Below, piece by piece: positions 36,630 through 49,477 of a DNA stretch of 64,000 nt. Under the pieces are notes generated by a model, which searched no databases, was not told where the DNA came from, and was given only the letters and a program-made list of their open reading frames with translations. The position numbers and the translations under genes are program-made. The stretch comes from Octopus vulgaris. Taxonomy: Eukaryota. Each line of letters begins with the position of its first letter. Positions within the stretch are counted from its first letter, which is position 1. The stretch spans positions 99,448,001 through 99,512,000 of the forward strand of contig OX597821.1 of NCBI GenBank assembly GCA_951406725.2, in the 5' to 3' direction.

Positions 36630-37976
36630 CAAGGTGTCTGGGCTAAATTTGATAACGTTTTATGTTTCCTTTTTTTTTCAGGAATAGGCGCAAGAGTGGC
36701 TGTGTGGTAAGTAGCTTGCTTACTAACCACATGGTTCTGGGTTCAGTCCCACTGTGTGGCACCTTGGGCAAGTGTTGTATTGGTGAACAGCCAATGCTGT
36801 TGGAGAGCATAAAGATTAAAGTTGGATACTATCTACTCCAATTATGAAGAAGAGAGAGGATGACGCCAAAAAACTGCCCACAGTCTGTCTACCCTATGTG
36901 AAAGGCTCCCTCCAAAAAGATACAAAAGATATGCGGCCCATATGACATCAGGAGAGTATTCAAGAGTAATACAACACTTTGCAAATATCTCCTTCGAGTA
37001 AAACCACCAATAGAAGAGAATATGACCAAAGACTGCGTGTCCGAGTTCAAACAACAACAACAACATTGAAAAATACCTTAGGGATGAGAACCCAGGTTTG
37101 AAATTTCCCCAAGAAGGCTGGAGGGTTTATCAGCCAAAACGTGTTAACAACAAACAAGATGAGGACAAAGTTGGAATTGAAAATAAGTTAGTAGACATGG
37201 AGGATTGGGAAGCCATGCCAGAAGCCATCTGAATATTAGGAAAGACTTTCCTGCATCATTATGATTTGTGCTGGGTATCAAAATGCCGACATCATGACTG
37301 TTGTTCGATGCTCTGTGAACATTGTAAAGGCTGAAAGACATACATGGACAGCTGCAATAGGGACCACTAAGGTGTGGCCAGCTTGAAGGGACACAGCAGG
37401 CATTTTGGCTGTGTCTGCACACCAGAATTCATCCTCACATCTTTGAACAGGGACTTAAGCTCAATTCAGATGGCTATGTAAAGCTGCTGGACACTGTGGT
37501 CAATCTCTGGCTGGAGAGAGTTGCTGCTGGAAGGCCATATGTATGGCAGCAGGGTTCACTTCCTTGCCATACCTGTGGGAAGTGTCAGAAGTGGTTGTTA
37601 GAGAATTTCTATGCCTTCACCAGCCCCAATTTCTGGCATCCTAATTCCTCCAATTGTAATCCTAAGAATTACTATGTATGGAGAATGGTTGAGAAAGATA
37701 CCAGACACTTTGTCTGCAATACCAAGGCTGAGCAGGTGGCCAAGATCAAGGAGGTTTTTGAAGATCTTCCCAGGGATACAATGAGGAACGTATGTGCCTA
37801 GTTCCAGAGATGACTTGAGTCTTTGGTGGAAGATGAGGGTGACTACATTGAGTAAATTGTTATCTCTTAGTCATAATCAAATTGATATTTTTTAAAAAAT
37901 ATTTTTATTTTTGGATGGAATATTGTGTTTTCTTTTTCTTTTTATACAAACTGTCAAATTTAGCCCAAACATCCTG
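36630..37976 (+). mobile_element. Decayed Tc1/mariner-superfamily (maT/DD37D-like) element with nested insertions
   Basis: TA-flanked TIRs CAAGGTGTCTGGGCTAAATTTGA / TCAAATTTAGCCCAAACATCCTG; ORF 37496-37801 PYVWQQGSLPCH...FWHPNSSNCNPKNYYVW is a decayed QQDxAPxH / WPPNSPDxNPxD. Confidence 0.75.
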
Positions 37977-38094
37977 TATATTACCATATCTGCAACAGAC
38001 AACTGGCCAATTCAGAGTGCAATAAGAAAAGGGCAAAAACAAAATAGCTTGCACAAAACAATAAAGGATGTATACATACATGTATGTGCATGTG

Positions 38095-38332
38095 TATGCA
38101 TGTGTGTGTGTTTGAAACAGTAGCAACAACAAGAATAAGATTAACTACCACAGCTGCAGATTTTCCAAACCTGGGAAGCTTTGGTGAAAAATGGCAACTA
38201 CAATAAAGGAGGCAGTATATATTCATGTATGTGTGTGTGTGTGTGTGTGAAATTTTAGCAACAACAAGAACAGGAATAACTACAACAGCTGCAGATTTTC
38301 TAAACCTGAGAAGCTTTGGTGAAAAATGGCAA
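38095..38332 (+). repeat. Local tandem duplication, ~135-bp period
   Basis: TAGCAACAACAAGAA...ACAGCTGCAGATTTTC.AAACCTG.GAAGCTTTGGTGAAAAATGGCAA occurs twice, each preceded by (TG)n. Confidence 0.85.
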
Positions 38333-40303
38333 AAAAATGCATATACCTACTTAATGAACCTACATCATATTCTCTGCCCACAAAGTTCTCACTGAAGCAT
38401 CACGTTCTTGTTTTTTCCAGTTATGACACCTTCTTTCATAACAAGAGTTAATATTATATGTCTATATTTTACTGTGTGGAGGCACATGGCTTAGTGGGTA
38501 GAGCAGTGGATTCGCGGTAGAGGGATCATGGGTTTGAATCTCAGACCGGGCGATGTGTGTGTTTACGAGTGAAACACCTAAGCTCCACGCGGCTCCGGCA
38601 GAAGGTAATGGCGAACTTCTGCTGACTCTTTTACCACAACTTTCTCTCACTCTTTCCTCCTGCATCTTGCAGCTCACCCATGACAGACCAGCGTACCGTC
38701 CAGGTGGGGAACCTAAATGCCAAGGAAACTGGGAAACCGGCCCTATGCTCCACAAGGGGCAAAAAGGATTATGAAGAAGATATTTTACTGCATTGTAATC
38801 ATTTTTGCTGTTTCCTTGCTTACTTAGTATGCGTATTCAATGGTGAAACATCAGTAAAAATGGGTAATATCTGTACCTTTACAGCATTATCTGTGACTGA
38901 CCGTCTTCTAGAGGTAATCATGTGACATGCTAATTAAGCCATAGCTGGGACTTTGGTGGGTATTTCTGCTCTGTGTCAGAGCAGTAATACCTTGGCTCAG
39001 AGGTGATTCTGTATTCCTCAAAATCCTAGATCTCACAATCCTGGATTGATAGGGTTTTAATATGGTTCCTTTTTAAAACCTTTTGTAACCATATTTCTGT
39101 CAAAATACAAAATAAACTGCCTTTGTTTCAATTTATTTGGGAAGTGGTAAGTAGCTTGCTTACCAACCACATGGTTCCAGGTTCAGTCCCACTGCATGGC
39201 ACCTTGGGCAAGTGTCTTCTACTATAGCCACGGGCCAACCAAGGCCTAGTGAGTGGATTTGGTAGACGGAAACTGAATGAAGGACATGAAAGTGGGACTG
39301 GCTCTGCACAAACCAGTCCACTTATAATAATTATCCATCATGCTGGTTATTCTATAAACCAAGACACCAGTACCAACATCATCATATTTTTTTCATAAGT
39401 CCAGAGGCAATAGGGAAGAGGATGATAGGGACAGGCAGATGATACTACTGGAAATCTTCAGCCTTGACCCTGCATGAGTTGGTCGTAAGGTGATAGCTGT
39501 TTTGACTTAGCTGTGTCTTGCTGAAACCTCATTCCTTGAAATGATGAGAGTCCAGTCACATAGCAGCAACAAGTACCATAAGTCAGCTGTGGTGGACATT
39601 GGCAATTACACATTATGCGGTACTGCAGGCGGTCAAACGGCCAATGGGCAAAGTAATGACTGTCAGATTCAAATCGCCATCAGAAACCATAGAAGCTGCT
39701 GGGTAGTGGGTTCCAGATTTGTGAGGTTCATCTGGGGCCTGCTTTGAAGGGTTCAGTTGGAGAAATTGACCCCAATATTTATTTTTTTAAAGTTTGGTAT
39801 TTATTTTATTGGTCTTTTTTGCTGAACTGCTAACTCACACAAACATAAATAAACCAACACAGTTTGTCAAGTGGAGGGTGGGGTGTGACAAACAAAGACA
39901 CATACATACATGCATACATACATAAATACATACATACATACATACATACACACACACATACATGCTTACATACATACATACATACATACATACACACATA
40001 CATACATACATACATACATACATACATACATACATACATACATTACATACATACATACATACATACATACATTACATTACATTACATTACATTACAATAC
40101 ATATGATGGGCTTCCACACAATTTCTGTATACGAAATTCTCTCACAAGGCATTGGTAAACCCAGGGCCAAAGTAGAAGACACACACACCCATGGTGCCAT
40201 ATAGTGGGACCGAACTTGAAACCATATGATCACAAAGTGAGCTTCTCAACCACACCTCTATGCCTGTGCTTTTATATTTAAAAATACTTTTACCTATTCT
40301 TAC

Positions 40304-40510
40304 CTCTTCTGGTTCAGTTTTTGTTAAACAAGTTTTTAGGGTTATTTTCGAGTTTCTGATGAACTTACTAAACAGCATGCGTGTTTCTTCTTTCAAGATA
40401 TTCCGGAAATCTTCATCATTCTTAGCTTCAAGCAGGCGACATCGGCAGTCCATATCAGCAAACAAAGTACAAAATGTACGTGCAGTTTCCACCACAGATT
40501 TTGTACTTTT
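40304..40510 (-). CDS. SLC4A11: SLC4A11-like exon 5
   Basis: KSTKSVVETARTFCTLFADMDCRCRLLEAKNDEDFRNIL; AAG acceptor, GTAAGA donor. Confidence 0.9.
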
Positions 40511-41162
40511 CTTTAAATAAAATAGAATTAGAAACATTTTCTGATGAAATATTTCAAGAAGAAACAAGGAAAAAGCATTGTTAATTGAGAAAAGATAAGA
40601 CATAACAAGGGTAAGTAAATTACTTTAGTAGAAAATTACTTTAATTCTTCATCCATCCATCTTTTCCACCTGTGGTTGAGCTGGCGTTAAGTTGAACAAA
40701 TTGACCACAGAACTAATTTAAGGTTGGTACTTAGTCTATCAGATCCCCTTTGCCAAACTGCTAAGTTATGAGGACATCAACAAACAAACACTGGTTGTCA
40801 AGCAGTGGCGGGAGAATGAAACGCGCGTGTGCACACACTCACACACACACATGTGCGCGTGCACACACACACAGATATATGCTAGGTTTCCACATAGTTT
40901 CTATCTATTAAATCCATTGACAGGGTTTTAGTTGGCCTTGGGCTATAGTAGAATATATTTGTCCAAGGTGCTGTGGAGTGGTACTGAACCTGAAACTACA
41001 TGGTTGCAAACTAAGCTTCTTAACCATGCAGCCGTGCCTGTACTGTATATATATATCCATTTTTCCTTCTTTGTATGAACTGGATATTTCTAACATTAAT
41101 CCATTCACATTATTTACATTATTTACATTTGCCGGATATTTGTCCTCATCTTGTTTGTTGTT

Positions 41163-41208
41163 AACACAACGTTTCGGCTGATATACCCTCCAGCCTTCAT
41201 CAGGTGTC
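41163..41208 (-). ncRNA. Type I minimal hammerhead ribozyme motif (Penelope-type)
   Basis: Minus strand reads GACAC-CTGATGA-A-GGCTGG-AGGGTATA-TCAGCC-GAAA-C-GT-T-GTGTT: intact core, 6-bp stem II, 5-bp stem I, and loopless palindromic stem III (ACGT). Confidence 0.7.
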
Positions 41209-41488
41209 TTGGGGAAATTTCAAATCTGGGTTCTCATTCCTAAGGTACTTTTTGATATTATTATTATTATATTGCCCTGATGCAGTACCAGACATTGGTT
41301 CTCATGACTTCTGATCTTAACTGATTGGAAGTGTTATCATGTACATTGTTTCGTCTTGGTATAAAAGATGGGCTACAGCAAATATTCTGCTCAATACCAC
41401 ATATTTGCTTGTCAGTTGTTGGACCTCAACCAGTTGACCATGTCCCTAAGTGGCTGACGATATGTGCATCTCTGATCATGAGATCATA

Positions 41489-41526
<38 letters not shown>

Positions 41527-41591
41527 TATTATTCAGGTCACTGCTTGGAATCGAATTCGCCATATGACCATGGGCATATGGTGTAGTGGCT

Positions 41592-41638
<47 letters not shown>

Positions 41639-41690
41639 CAACATTGAAAAATACCTTAGGAATGAGAACCCAGGTTCGAAATTTCCCCAA

Positions 41691-41736
41691 GACACCTGAT
41701 GAAGGCTGGAAGATATATCAGCTGAAACGTTGTGTT
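41691..41736 (+). ncRNA. Second hammerhead ribozyme motif, inverted relative to the first
   Basis: GACAC-CTGATGA-A-GGCTGG-AAGATATA-TCAGCT-GAAACGTT-GTGTT; a G-U wobble closes stem II. Confidence 0.6.
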
Positions 41737-42124
41737 AACAACAAAAAGATGAGGTCAAATGTAAATAATGTAAGTAATGTACATAATTCCTCATCTCTTA
41801 AATATAGAACTGTACAAATCCATTCATTCATTTAACCCTTTATCACCATATTTCTATTGAAATGCATTGCCCTTGCTTCAGTTAATCTTTAAATTAATAA
41901 AATTTTTTGTTAAGCTACATGTAAAAATAACCACAAATGTGATGTTTATTCTGTGTTAAACCTGTTTTGATTTGCTTACAACAATAATGATCAGCGAGTT
42001 TCTGTGTAACCAGGATGGAATACACACCATGAGTTACTTTGGTTAAAAATAAACCACTGGTTTGTCAGTTTGTCTCTGCAATGATGTTTATATATTTCTT
42101 TGCAAATGTGTTCTGGCAAAAGAT

Positions 42125-42429
42125 GCACACACACACACACACACACACACATGCACACACACGCACATGCACACATGCACACAAACATGCATACACATGC
42201 ACACATGCATACACACGCATACACGCATATGCATGCACACTGGTATGTTTGCCAGGTATGCATGCATGTGTGTGTATGCATGAGTGTGTAATGTGTGTGT
42301 ACTTATGTACATGTACATATATACATGTACACACACACACACATATATATATATATGTATGTCTACTTTAATGCATATACATATGTATGGATATATATGT
42401 ATGTATATACATATGTATATATATATATG

Positions 42430-42475
<46 letters not shown>

Positions 42476-42598
42476 TAAGGGCTCCTAAATAAAGATGCCG
42501 AGTGCTGGGGACACAAAAAGGGGATGAATTTATCGAGAGTGAAAATCAAAAACGTTTACCGATAACTTTAACTTTAACTTTAACTTTAACTTTAACTT

Positions 42599-42644
<46 letters not shown>

Positions 42645-42827
42645 TATGTATGTATGTATTATGTATGTACATTTAATGTGATTTTAGAGCCAAGTTTTGG
42701 CTGCTATATCTAGCATGGTGGTGTCTCTTAGATACCCTTAATTATAATTTTAATAATTATTACCTATGAAGTTTTTATTCCCGTGCTAGTCACCTGATAT
42801 GATTGGTATTTTAAATAACAATCTTAT

Positions 42828-42887
<60 letters not shown>

Positions 42888-42906
42888 GTATGTACGTATG
42901 TATGTG

Positions 42907-42953
<47 letters not shown>

Positions 42954-42960
42954 GTATGTT
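42125..42960. repeat. Microsatellite cluster (CA, TA, TATG, TAACTT)
   Basis: Includes a (TAACTT)n run at ~42563-42603. Comparable tracts lie at 39900-40100, 45260-45940, 48830-48945, 52055-52470 and 60385-60690. Confidence 0.95.
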
Positions 42961-43734
42961 TAATATATGTGTACTTGGGGTGACATTTAGATTACCTTGT
43001 TTTTGTATACTGAATATTTTACCATATTTAAAAAGATCCTTTGTTAGTTCATACAATTAATGCACTACAGGGAGCTCAACAGACAGCAAAAAACCTGTTT
43101 TTGTCCTAAATTGTATAGGATTGTAATAATATGAATCTCTGCTGACAAACTTACAGAACTTGTTAACCTAATACAAGTGCTTGGGTCAAGTACAATACAG
43201 AAGGACAAAAAAAGATAGGTGTGAAAGAAAAAATAAGACAAACCTTAGAAAACAAATGCAAAAATGATACTCTTTTGCTGGTAGCATGCAATAAGCACCA
43301 TTCATGCATGGGTCGTTGCCAATGCCACCTGACTGGCTCCCCGTGCAGTGGAATGTAAAAAGCACCATCTGAATGTGGTTGATGCCAGGTCCCCCCACCT
43401 CCCACCCCGACTGGCTCCTGTGCTAGTAGCACGTAAAAAGTACCATCCGAACGTGGCCGATGCCAGTACCGCCTGACTGGCTCCTGTGCTGGTGGCACAT
43501 AAAAAGCACCCACTACACTCTTGAAGTGGTTGGTGTTAGGAAGGGCATCAAGCTGTAGAAGCATTGCCAGATCAGACTGGAGCCTGGTGCGACCTCTTGG
43601 CTTGCCAGTCCCCATTTAAACCGTCCAACCCATGCCAGCATGGAAAACGGACCTTAAACGATGATGATGATGATGATGAAGTCTTTGCTTATTTTAAATA
43701 CCTAGGGGAAAATAATGATGAAACTTCAGGGAAA

Positions 43735-44144
43735 ATGCTGCTGCTGCTGATGATGTATTTAATGATGATGATGATGATGATGATAATGATGATGATGATA
43801 ATGATGATGATGATAATAAAATATTTATTTCACACAGTTGTTACCATGTTTGCCAATCTAAGTGTGACTGCAGAGCACGGTAGGATTGCATAAGATTCCA
43901 TGAAGAAAGAGAATTTTTGGTTTAATTTTGGAAGCTTGGGTTATGATTTCTTAATAACATGGCACCAGAATGTTCTCATCATCATAGCCATCATCACCAT
44001 CATCAACTCCACTTTCACCGCTACGACTACCTCCATGATGACCACCACCTCAACCACCACCACCACCAACACCACCACCACCACCAACATCACCACCACC
44101 ATCAACAACAACACCATAATCATCATTATCATCATCATTATCAC

Positions 44145-44176
<32 letters not shown>

Positions 44177-44200
44177 CCTCCATCATCATCATCATCATCA

Positions 44201-44233
<33 letters not shown>

Positions 44234-44285
44234 TCATCATCATCATTATCATCATCATCATCATCACTACCAACACAACACCACT
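43735..44285. repeat. Compound trinucleotide tract (ATG)n...(CAT/CAC/CGT)n
   Basis: Directly visible; source of the poly-His, poly-Ile and poly-Met ORFs. A similar (GAT)n tract lies at 57090-57250. Confidence 0.95.
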
Positions 44286-45317
44286 ACCACAGAATTCAGC
44301 AAGTCCAAGGGCCTGCATTGTGCTCCAGTGTCTGGTTTGGTATGGTTTCTATGGATTCGATGTCCTTTCTAATGCTAACCATGTTACAGGGTGCATTGGG
44401 TCCCTTTTCATGTCACCAGCACTAGTAAGGATAGCAAGTAGCATCCCTTGATTGAAATGGGTGTAGCTTTGAGGGAGGTGTTTTTATATCAGGTGATGAT
44501 AGGTTAAAATACGGCAGAAGGGACATGAACAGGTACCCTACTGTAGAGGAAATGCATGGCTACCCTGGCTGAAAAACGAGAGATGATGATACTGATGAAG
44601 TGTCAGATATACATGATGGGCTTCTTTCAGTTTCCATCTACCAAATCCACTTACGCGGCTCTGGTTGACTTGAGAATATAGTAGAAGACACTTGCCCAAG
44701 GTGCCACGCAGTGGGACTGAACCTGAACACGTGTAGTCAGGAAGCAAACTGCTCAACCATTGAGCCATGCTTGCACTTCATAGTTCCATAATTATATTAA
44801 CTGGGAATATGTTAATATATTTAATTGACCCCTTGCTTGATCCTTTTTGCCAATACAAACTCTTCATATCTTTTATTTGTTTCAGTCATTTGACTGTAGC
44901 TATGTTGGAGCACCACCTTTAGTTGAGCAAATTGACCTAAGAACTTATTCTTTGTAAGCCTAGTACTTATTCTATCAATCTCTTTTGCTGAACTGCTAAG
45001 TGACAGGGATGTAAACACACCAGTATCGATTGTCAAACAGACACACAAATGTACACACACACACACACACATGATGGGCTTCTTTCAGTTTTGGTCTACA
45101 AAATCCACTCACAAGGCTTTGGTTCGGCCTGAGGCTATAGCAGAAGACACTTGCCCAAGTTGCCACGCAGTGGGACTGAACCCGGAACCATGTGGTTGGT
45201 AAGCAAGCTACTTACCACACAGCCATTCCTGCGCCTGTGTTACTTGTGTTTTTAACCTATATATACATACATAGATACAAATACATACATACATGTATGT
45301 GTATATGTGTATGTATA

Positions 45318-45370
<53 letters not shown>

Positions 45371-45690
45371 CATACATACATACATATATATATCATCATC
45401 ATCATCATCGTTTAACGTTCGCTTTCCATGCTAGCATGGGTTGGACGGTTCAACTGGGGTCTGGGAAGCCCGAAGGCTGCACCAGGCCAGTCAGATCTGG
45501 CAGTGTTTCTACAGTTGGATGCCCTTCCTAACGCCAACCACTCCGTGAGTGTAGTAGGTGCTTTTTATGTGCCACCGACACAGGTGCCAGACGAGGCTGG
45601 CGAACGGCCAATACATACATGCATACTATATGGAATATGATGATGATGATATATATATATATGTATGTATGTATATTTCATATATATGTG

Positions 45691-45810
<120 letters not shown>

Positions 45811-45857
45811 CATACATACATACACATATATATGAAATATACATACATACATACATA

Positions 45858-45946
<89 letters not shown>

Positions 45947-46427
45947 TTTTTTTTTTGCTCACAGCTGTAACCAACCTTATGCCAGTGTCTTTTTTTTTTT
46001 ATAGAGCGATAGTTTAGAATTTTAACAAGAGCAGCTATTTTATTTCGTGTTTTTATGGAGGCCATTACTGAAAGGCCGTTAAGAGACTTTCTTTATTTAC
46101 TTATTTATTAATTTAATAGTTTATTCAAGCTTCCCATTGATTGAATTGTTCTGGAAATTTCTATATTTTTTTTCTAATATTATCTTATTGCTTAATATCC
46201 TTTCCATCAATCACCTATTGAATGTTAATTTGGAAATGTTTCAAGTTTACAGTTGTGTAAATTGAAGACAGTAATATTGCATGTAAGGCAATGTTTATGA
46301 CCGGTTTTCAACTAATCTTTTATCTTCTCTCTTTAACTTGTTTCAGTCATAGGACTGTGGCCATGCTACAGCACTGCCTCAAAGAGTTTTTGTTATACAG
46401 ATTGACCCCTGTACTAATTTTTGTTTT

Positions 46428-46840
46428 GGCTGTGTGGTAAGTAGCTTGCTTACCAACTACATGTTTCCGGGTTCAGTCCCACTGCGAGGCACCTTGGGCA
46501 AGTGTCTTCTACTATGGCTTCAGGCTGACCAAAGCCTTGTGAGTGGATTTGGTAGATGGAAACTGAAAGAAGCCTGCCGTATATATGTATATGTATATTA
46601 TGTATATATATATATATGTGTGTGTATTTGTGTGTCTGTGTTCATCCCCCCCCCCCAACATTGCCTGACAACCGATGCTGGTGTGTTTATGTCCATGTAG
46701 CTTAGCGGTTCGGCAAGAGAGACCGATAGAATAAGTACTAGGCTTACAAAGAATAAGTCCTGGGGTCGATTTGCTCAACTAAAGGCAGTGCTCCAGCATG
46801 GCTGCAGTCAAATGATTGAAACAAGTAAAAGAGTAAAAGA
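46428..46840 (+). mobile_element. SINE family B, near full length
   Basis: GGCTGTGTGGTAAGTAGCTTGC...GGGTTCAGTCCCACTG...CAAGTAAAAGAG. Confidence 0.85.
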
Positions 46841-47016
46841 GATTTGCCATTATGTCGTGTTTGAGAAGAAAACCCAACAAGCTGAGCAAAATCATGGTCA
46901 TGGCAGATAGCGGTGTCATGCAAATAGGGCCAATGTTATCAACTTATTCCCTTCCCTGAACTTGCAGACCTTGTGCCAAAAGTTGAAACCATGATCATCA
47001 TCATCATCATTATCAT

Positions 47017-47575
47017 TGAGTGAGAGAGCAGTGCATGCCATCAAAGTGACACTGGGGTAAAATATACGAAGCCCAATATACCCATTATGACTACCCGTCT
47101 GATAAGGGTACATCAGGCACAAGCACCACAACCATATGTGTGTGACATGGTGATCTCATATCAAGATAAACAGCACATGACCTTGTAGGTGGGGCCCAAT
47201 TAGAATTTTCTTCTGGTCGAGTAACCCATCCCACTCAAAAGGTCCCTGAATAAGGGTTGTTTAAGGATGTTGAATGAAACACCCATGTATCCAGAGGTGA
47301 ATTATTCAAACCCTAAAGAATCCCTCTCAACACATGGCTATGATGCTCCACCACTATTTCTGCTCATGATCAGAGATGCACATATCATCAGCCACCAAGG
47401 GACATGGTTAGCTGATTAAGGTCAAACAACTGACAAGCAAATCTGTGGTATTGAGCAGAATATTTGCTGTAGCCCATCTTTTATACCAAGACAAAACAAT
47501 GTACATGATAACACTCCCAATCAGTTAAGATCAGAAGCCATGAGACCCACTGCCTGGTACTGCATCACGGCATTT
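47017..47575 (+). repeat. Unclassified ~550-bp interspersed repeat (family E)
   Basis: Near-identical copy at 63313-63860 and an inverted partial copy at 41272-41485; flanked by (ATT)n or (CAT)n. Confidence 0.85.
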
Positions 47576-47588
47576 ATTATTATTATTA

Positions 47589-47821
47589 AGGTGGCGAGCT
47601 GGCAGAAATGTTAGCACGCCGGGCGAAATGCTTAGCAGTATTTCGTCTGCGTTACGTTGTGAGTTCAAATTCCGCCGAGGTCGACTTTGCCTTTCATCCT
47701 TTCGGGGTCGATAAATTAAGTACCAGTTACGCACTGGGGTCGATGTAATCGACTTAATACCTATGTCTGTCCTTGTTTGTCCCCTCTGTGTTTCGCCCCT
47801 TATGGGTAATAAAGAAATAGG
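47589..47821 (+). mobile_element. tRNA-derived SINE family A (GCCTTTCATCCTTTCGGGGTCGATAAATTAAGTACCAG core, AATAAAGAAAT tail)
   Basis: Other copies at ~16500-16925, 19668-19880, 20528-20752 (with ~20-bp TSD TTCATCAGGACATG-ATACT), 21733-21950, 23655-24033, 31679-32073, 47880-48095, 54962-55175, 62871-63090; B box GAGTTCAAATTCC. Confidence 0.85.
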
Positions 47822-47830
47822 CATTTATTA

Positions 47831-47879
<49 letters not shown>

Positions 47880-48186
47880 AGGTGGCTAGCTACTAGAATC
47901 GTTAGCACACTGGGCAAAATGCTTAGCAGCATTTAGTCTGTCTTTACATTCTGAGTTCAAATTCTGCTGAGGTCGACTTCGCCTTTCATACTTCTGGGTT
48001 AATTAAATAGGTACCAGTTGCATACTGGGGTTGATGTAATCAACTAGCCCCCTCCCCAAAATTATAGGCTTTGTGCCTATTGTAGAAAGGATTATCATTA
48101 TTACTATTACCCTTATTTTCAGATATGAATAAATCAAGTGTTAAGAACAAAGAATGTTTCGTTAGTGACAAAATACATGTACCCAC

Positions 48187-48310
48187 CTCTTTGTTGGAAG
48201 CCACAACCAAAATCACAAAGACGACTTCTTGACTGGTGCAGCCCATATTGACCGGATGAAGAAGTCTGGCTATCACTGTATGTCTTTTTATCACCGTTGG
48301 CCACTCACAT
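48187..48310 (-). CDS. SLC4A11: SLC4A11-like exon 4
   Basis: CEWPTVIKRHTVIARLLHPVNMGCTSQEVVFVILVVASNKE, compared with human [28 protein letters not shown]. Confidence 0.9.
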
Positions 48311-48624
48311 CTAAATTAAGGCAAGAAAGACAATGTCAATGGAATATCTTGGAGAAAGGAGGCGAAAATAGCATCTAGTCTAGTCTGTTGGTGATGGGAT
48401 TTGGAATATACTCTTTTATTTTATTTTTGGTTGTTTCAGTCATTTGGACTAAGGCCATGCTGGAGCACCGCCTTTAATCGAGCAACTCGACCCTGGGACT
48501 TATTCTTTTGTAAGCCCAGTACTTATTCTATCGGTCTCTTTTGCCGAACCGCTAAGTAACGGGGACATAAACACACCAGCATCGGTTGTCAAGCAATGCT
48601 AGGGGGACAAACACAAACACACAA

Positions 48625-48663
<39 letters not shown>

Positions 48664-48826
48664 TACGACAGGCTTCTTTCAGTTTCCGTCTACCAAATCC
48701 ACTCACAAGGCTTCGGTCGGCCTGAGGCTATAGTAGAAGACACTTACCCAAGGTGTCATGCAGTGGGACTGAACCCAGAACCATGTGGTTGGTAAACAAG
48801 CTACTTACCACACAGCCACTCCAGCG

Positions 48827-48948
<122 letters not shown>

Positions 48949-49334
48949 TACGATGGGCTTCTTTCAGTTTCCGTCTATCAAATCCATTCACAAGGCTTTG
49001 GTCGGCCCGAGGCTATAGTAGAAGACACTTGCCCAAGGTGCCATGCTGTGGGACTGAACCCGGAACCATGCGGTTGGTAAACAAGCTACTTACCACACAG
49101 CCACTCCTGCACCTATTTTTAAATATCGTTTATTTTATTTTTGCTTGTTTCAGTCATTGGACTAAGGCCATGCTGGAGCACCCTCTCGAAGTATTTAGCT
49201 GAATAAATTGACTTTGATACTTAGTTTTTTCTAAGTCTGGTGCTTATTCTGTCTATCATTTTCTCTGAACTGCTAAATTATGGGAATGTTAACAAATCAA
49301 CACCAGCTGTTGGATGGGGACAAACATACATGAA

Positions 49335-49380
<46 letters not shown>

Positions 49381-49404
49381 TACACACACACACAATATTA
49401 TTAT

Positions 49405-49435
<31 letters not shown>

Positions 49436-49477
49436 ATGTGTGTGTGTGTATGTATGTATGTGTGTAGGTATGTATGT

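Larger units (their letters stand above)
41105..41815. mobile_element. Head-to-head pair of tRNA-headed, hammerhead-bearing short elements (SINE-like), left copy interrupted by another repeat
   Basis: A-box-like TGGTGTAGTGG 41579-41589 (plus) and B-box-like AATTCGATTCC 41557-41547 (minus), each followed by (AAT)n and the same body AAATACCTTAGGAATGAGAACCCAG...ribozyme...GATGAGG. Confidence 0.7.

Noticed and set aside
43900-44451. Poly-His/Arg, poly-Ile and poly-Met ORFs
   Set aside because: These are translations of an intronic trinucleotide tract. The same applies to the many YIYI, HTHT and CVCV ORFs from dinucleotide repeats.
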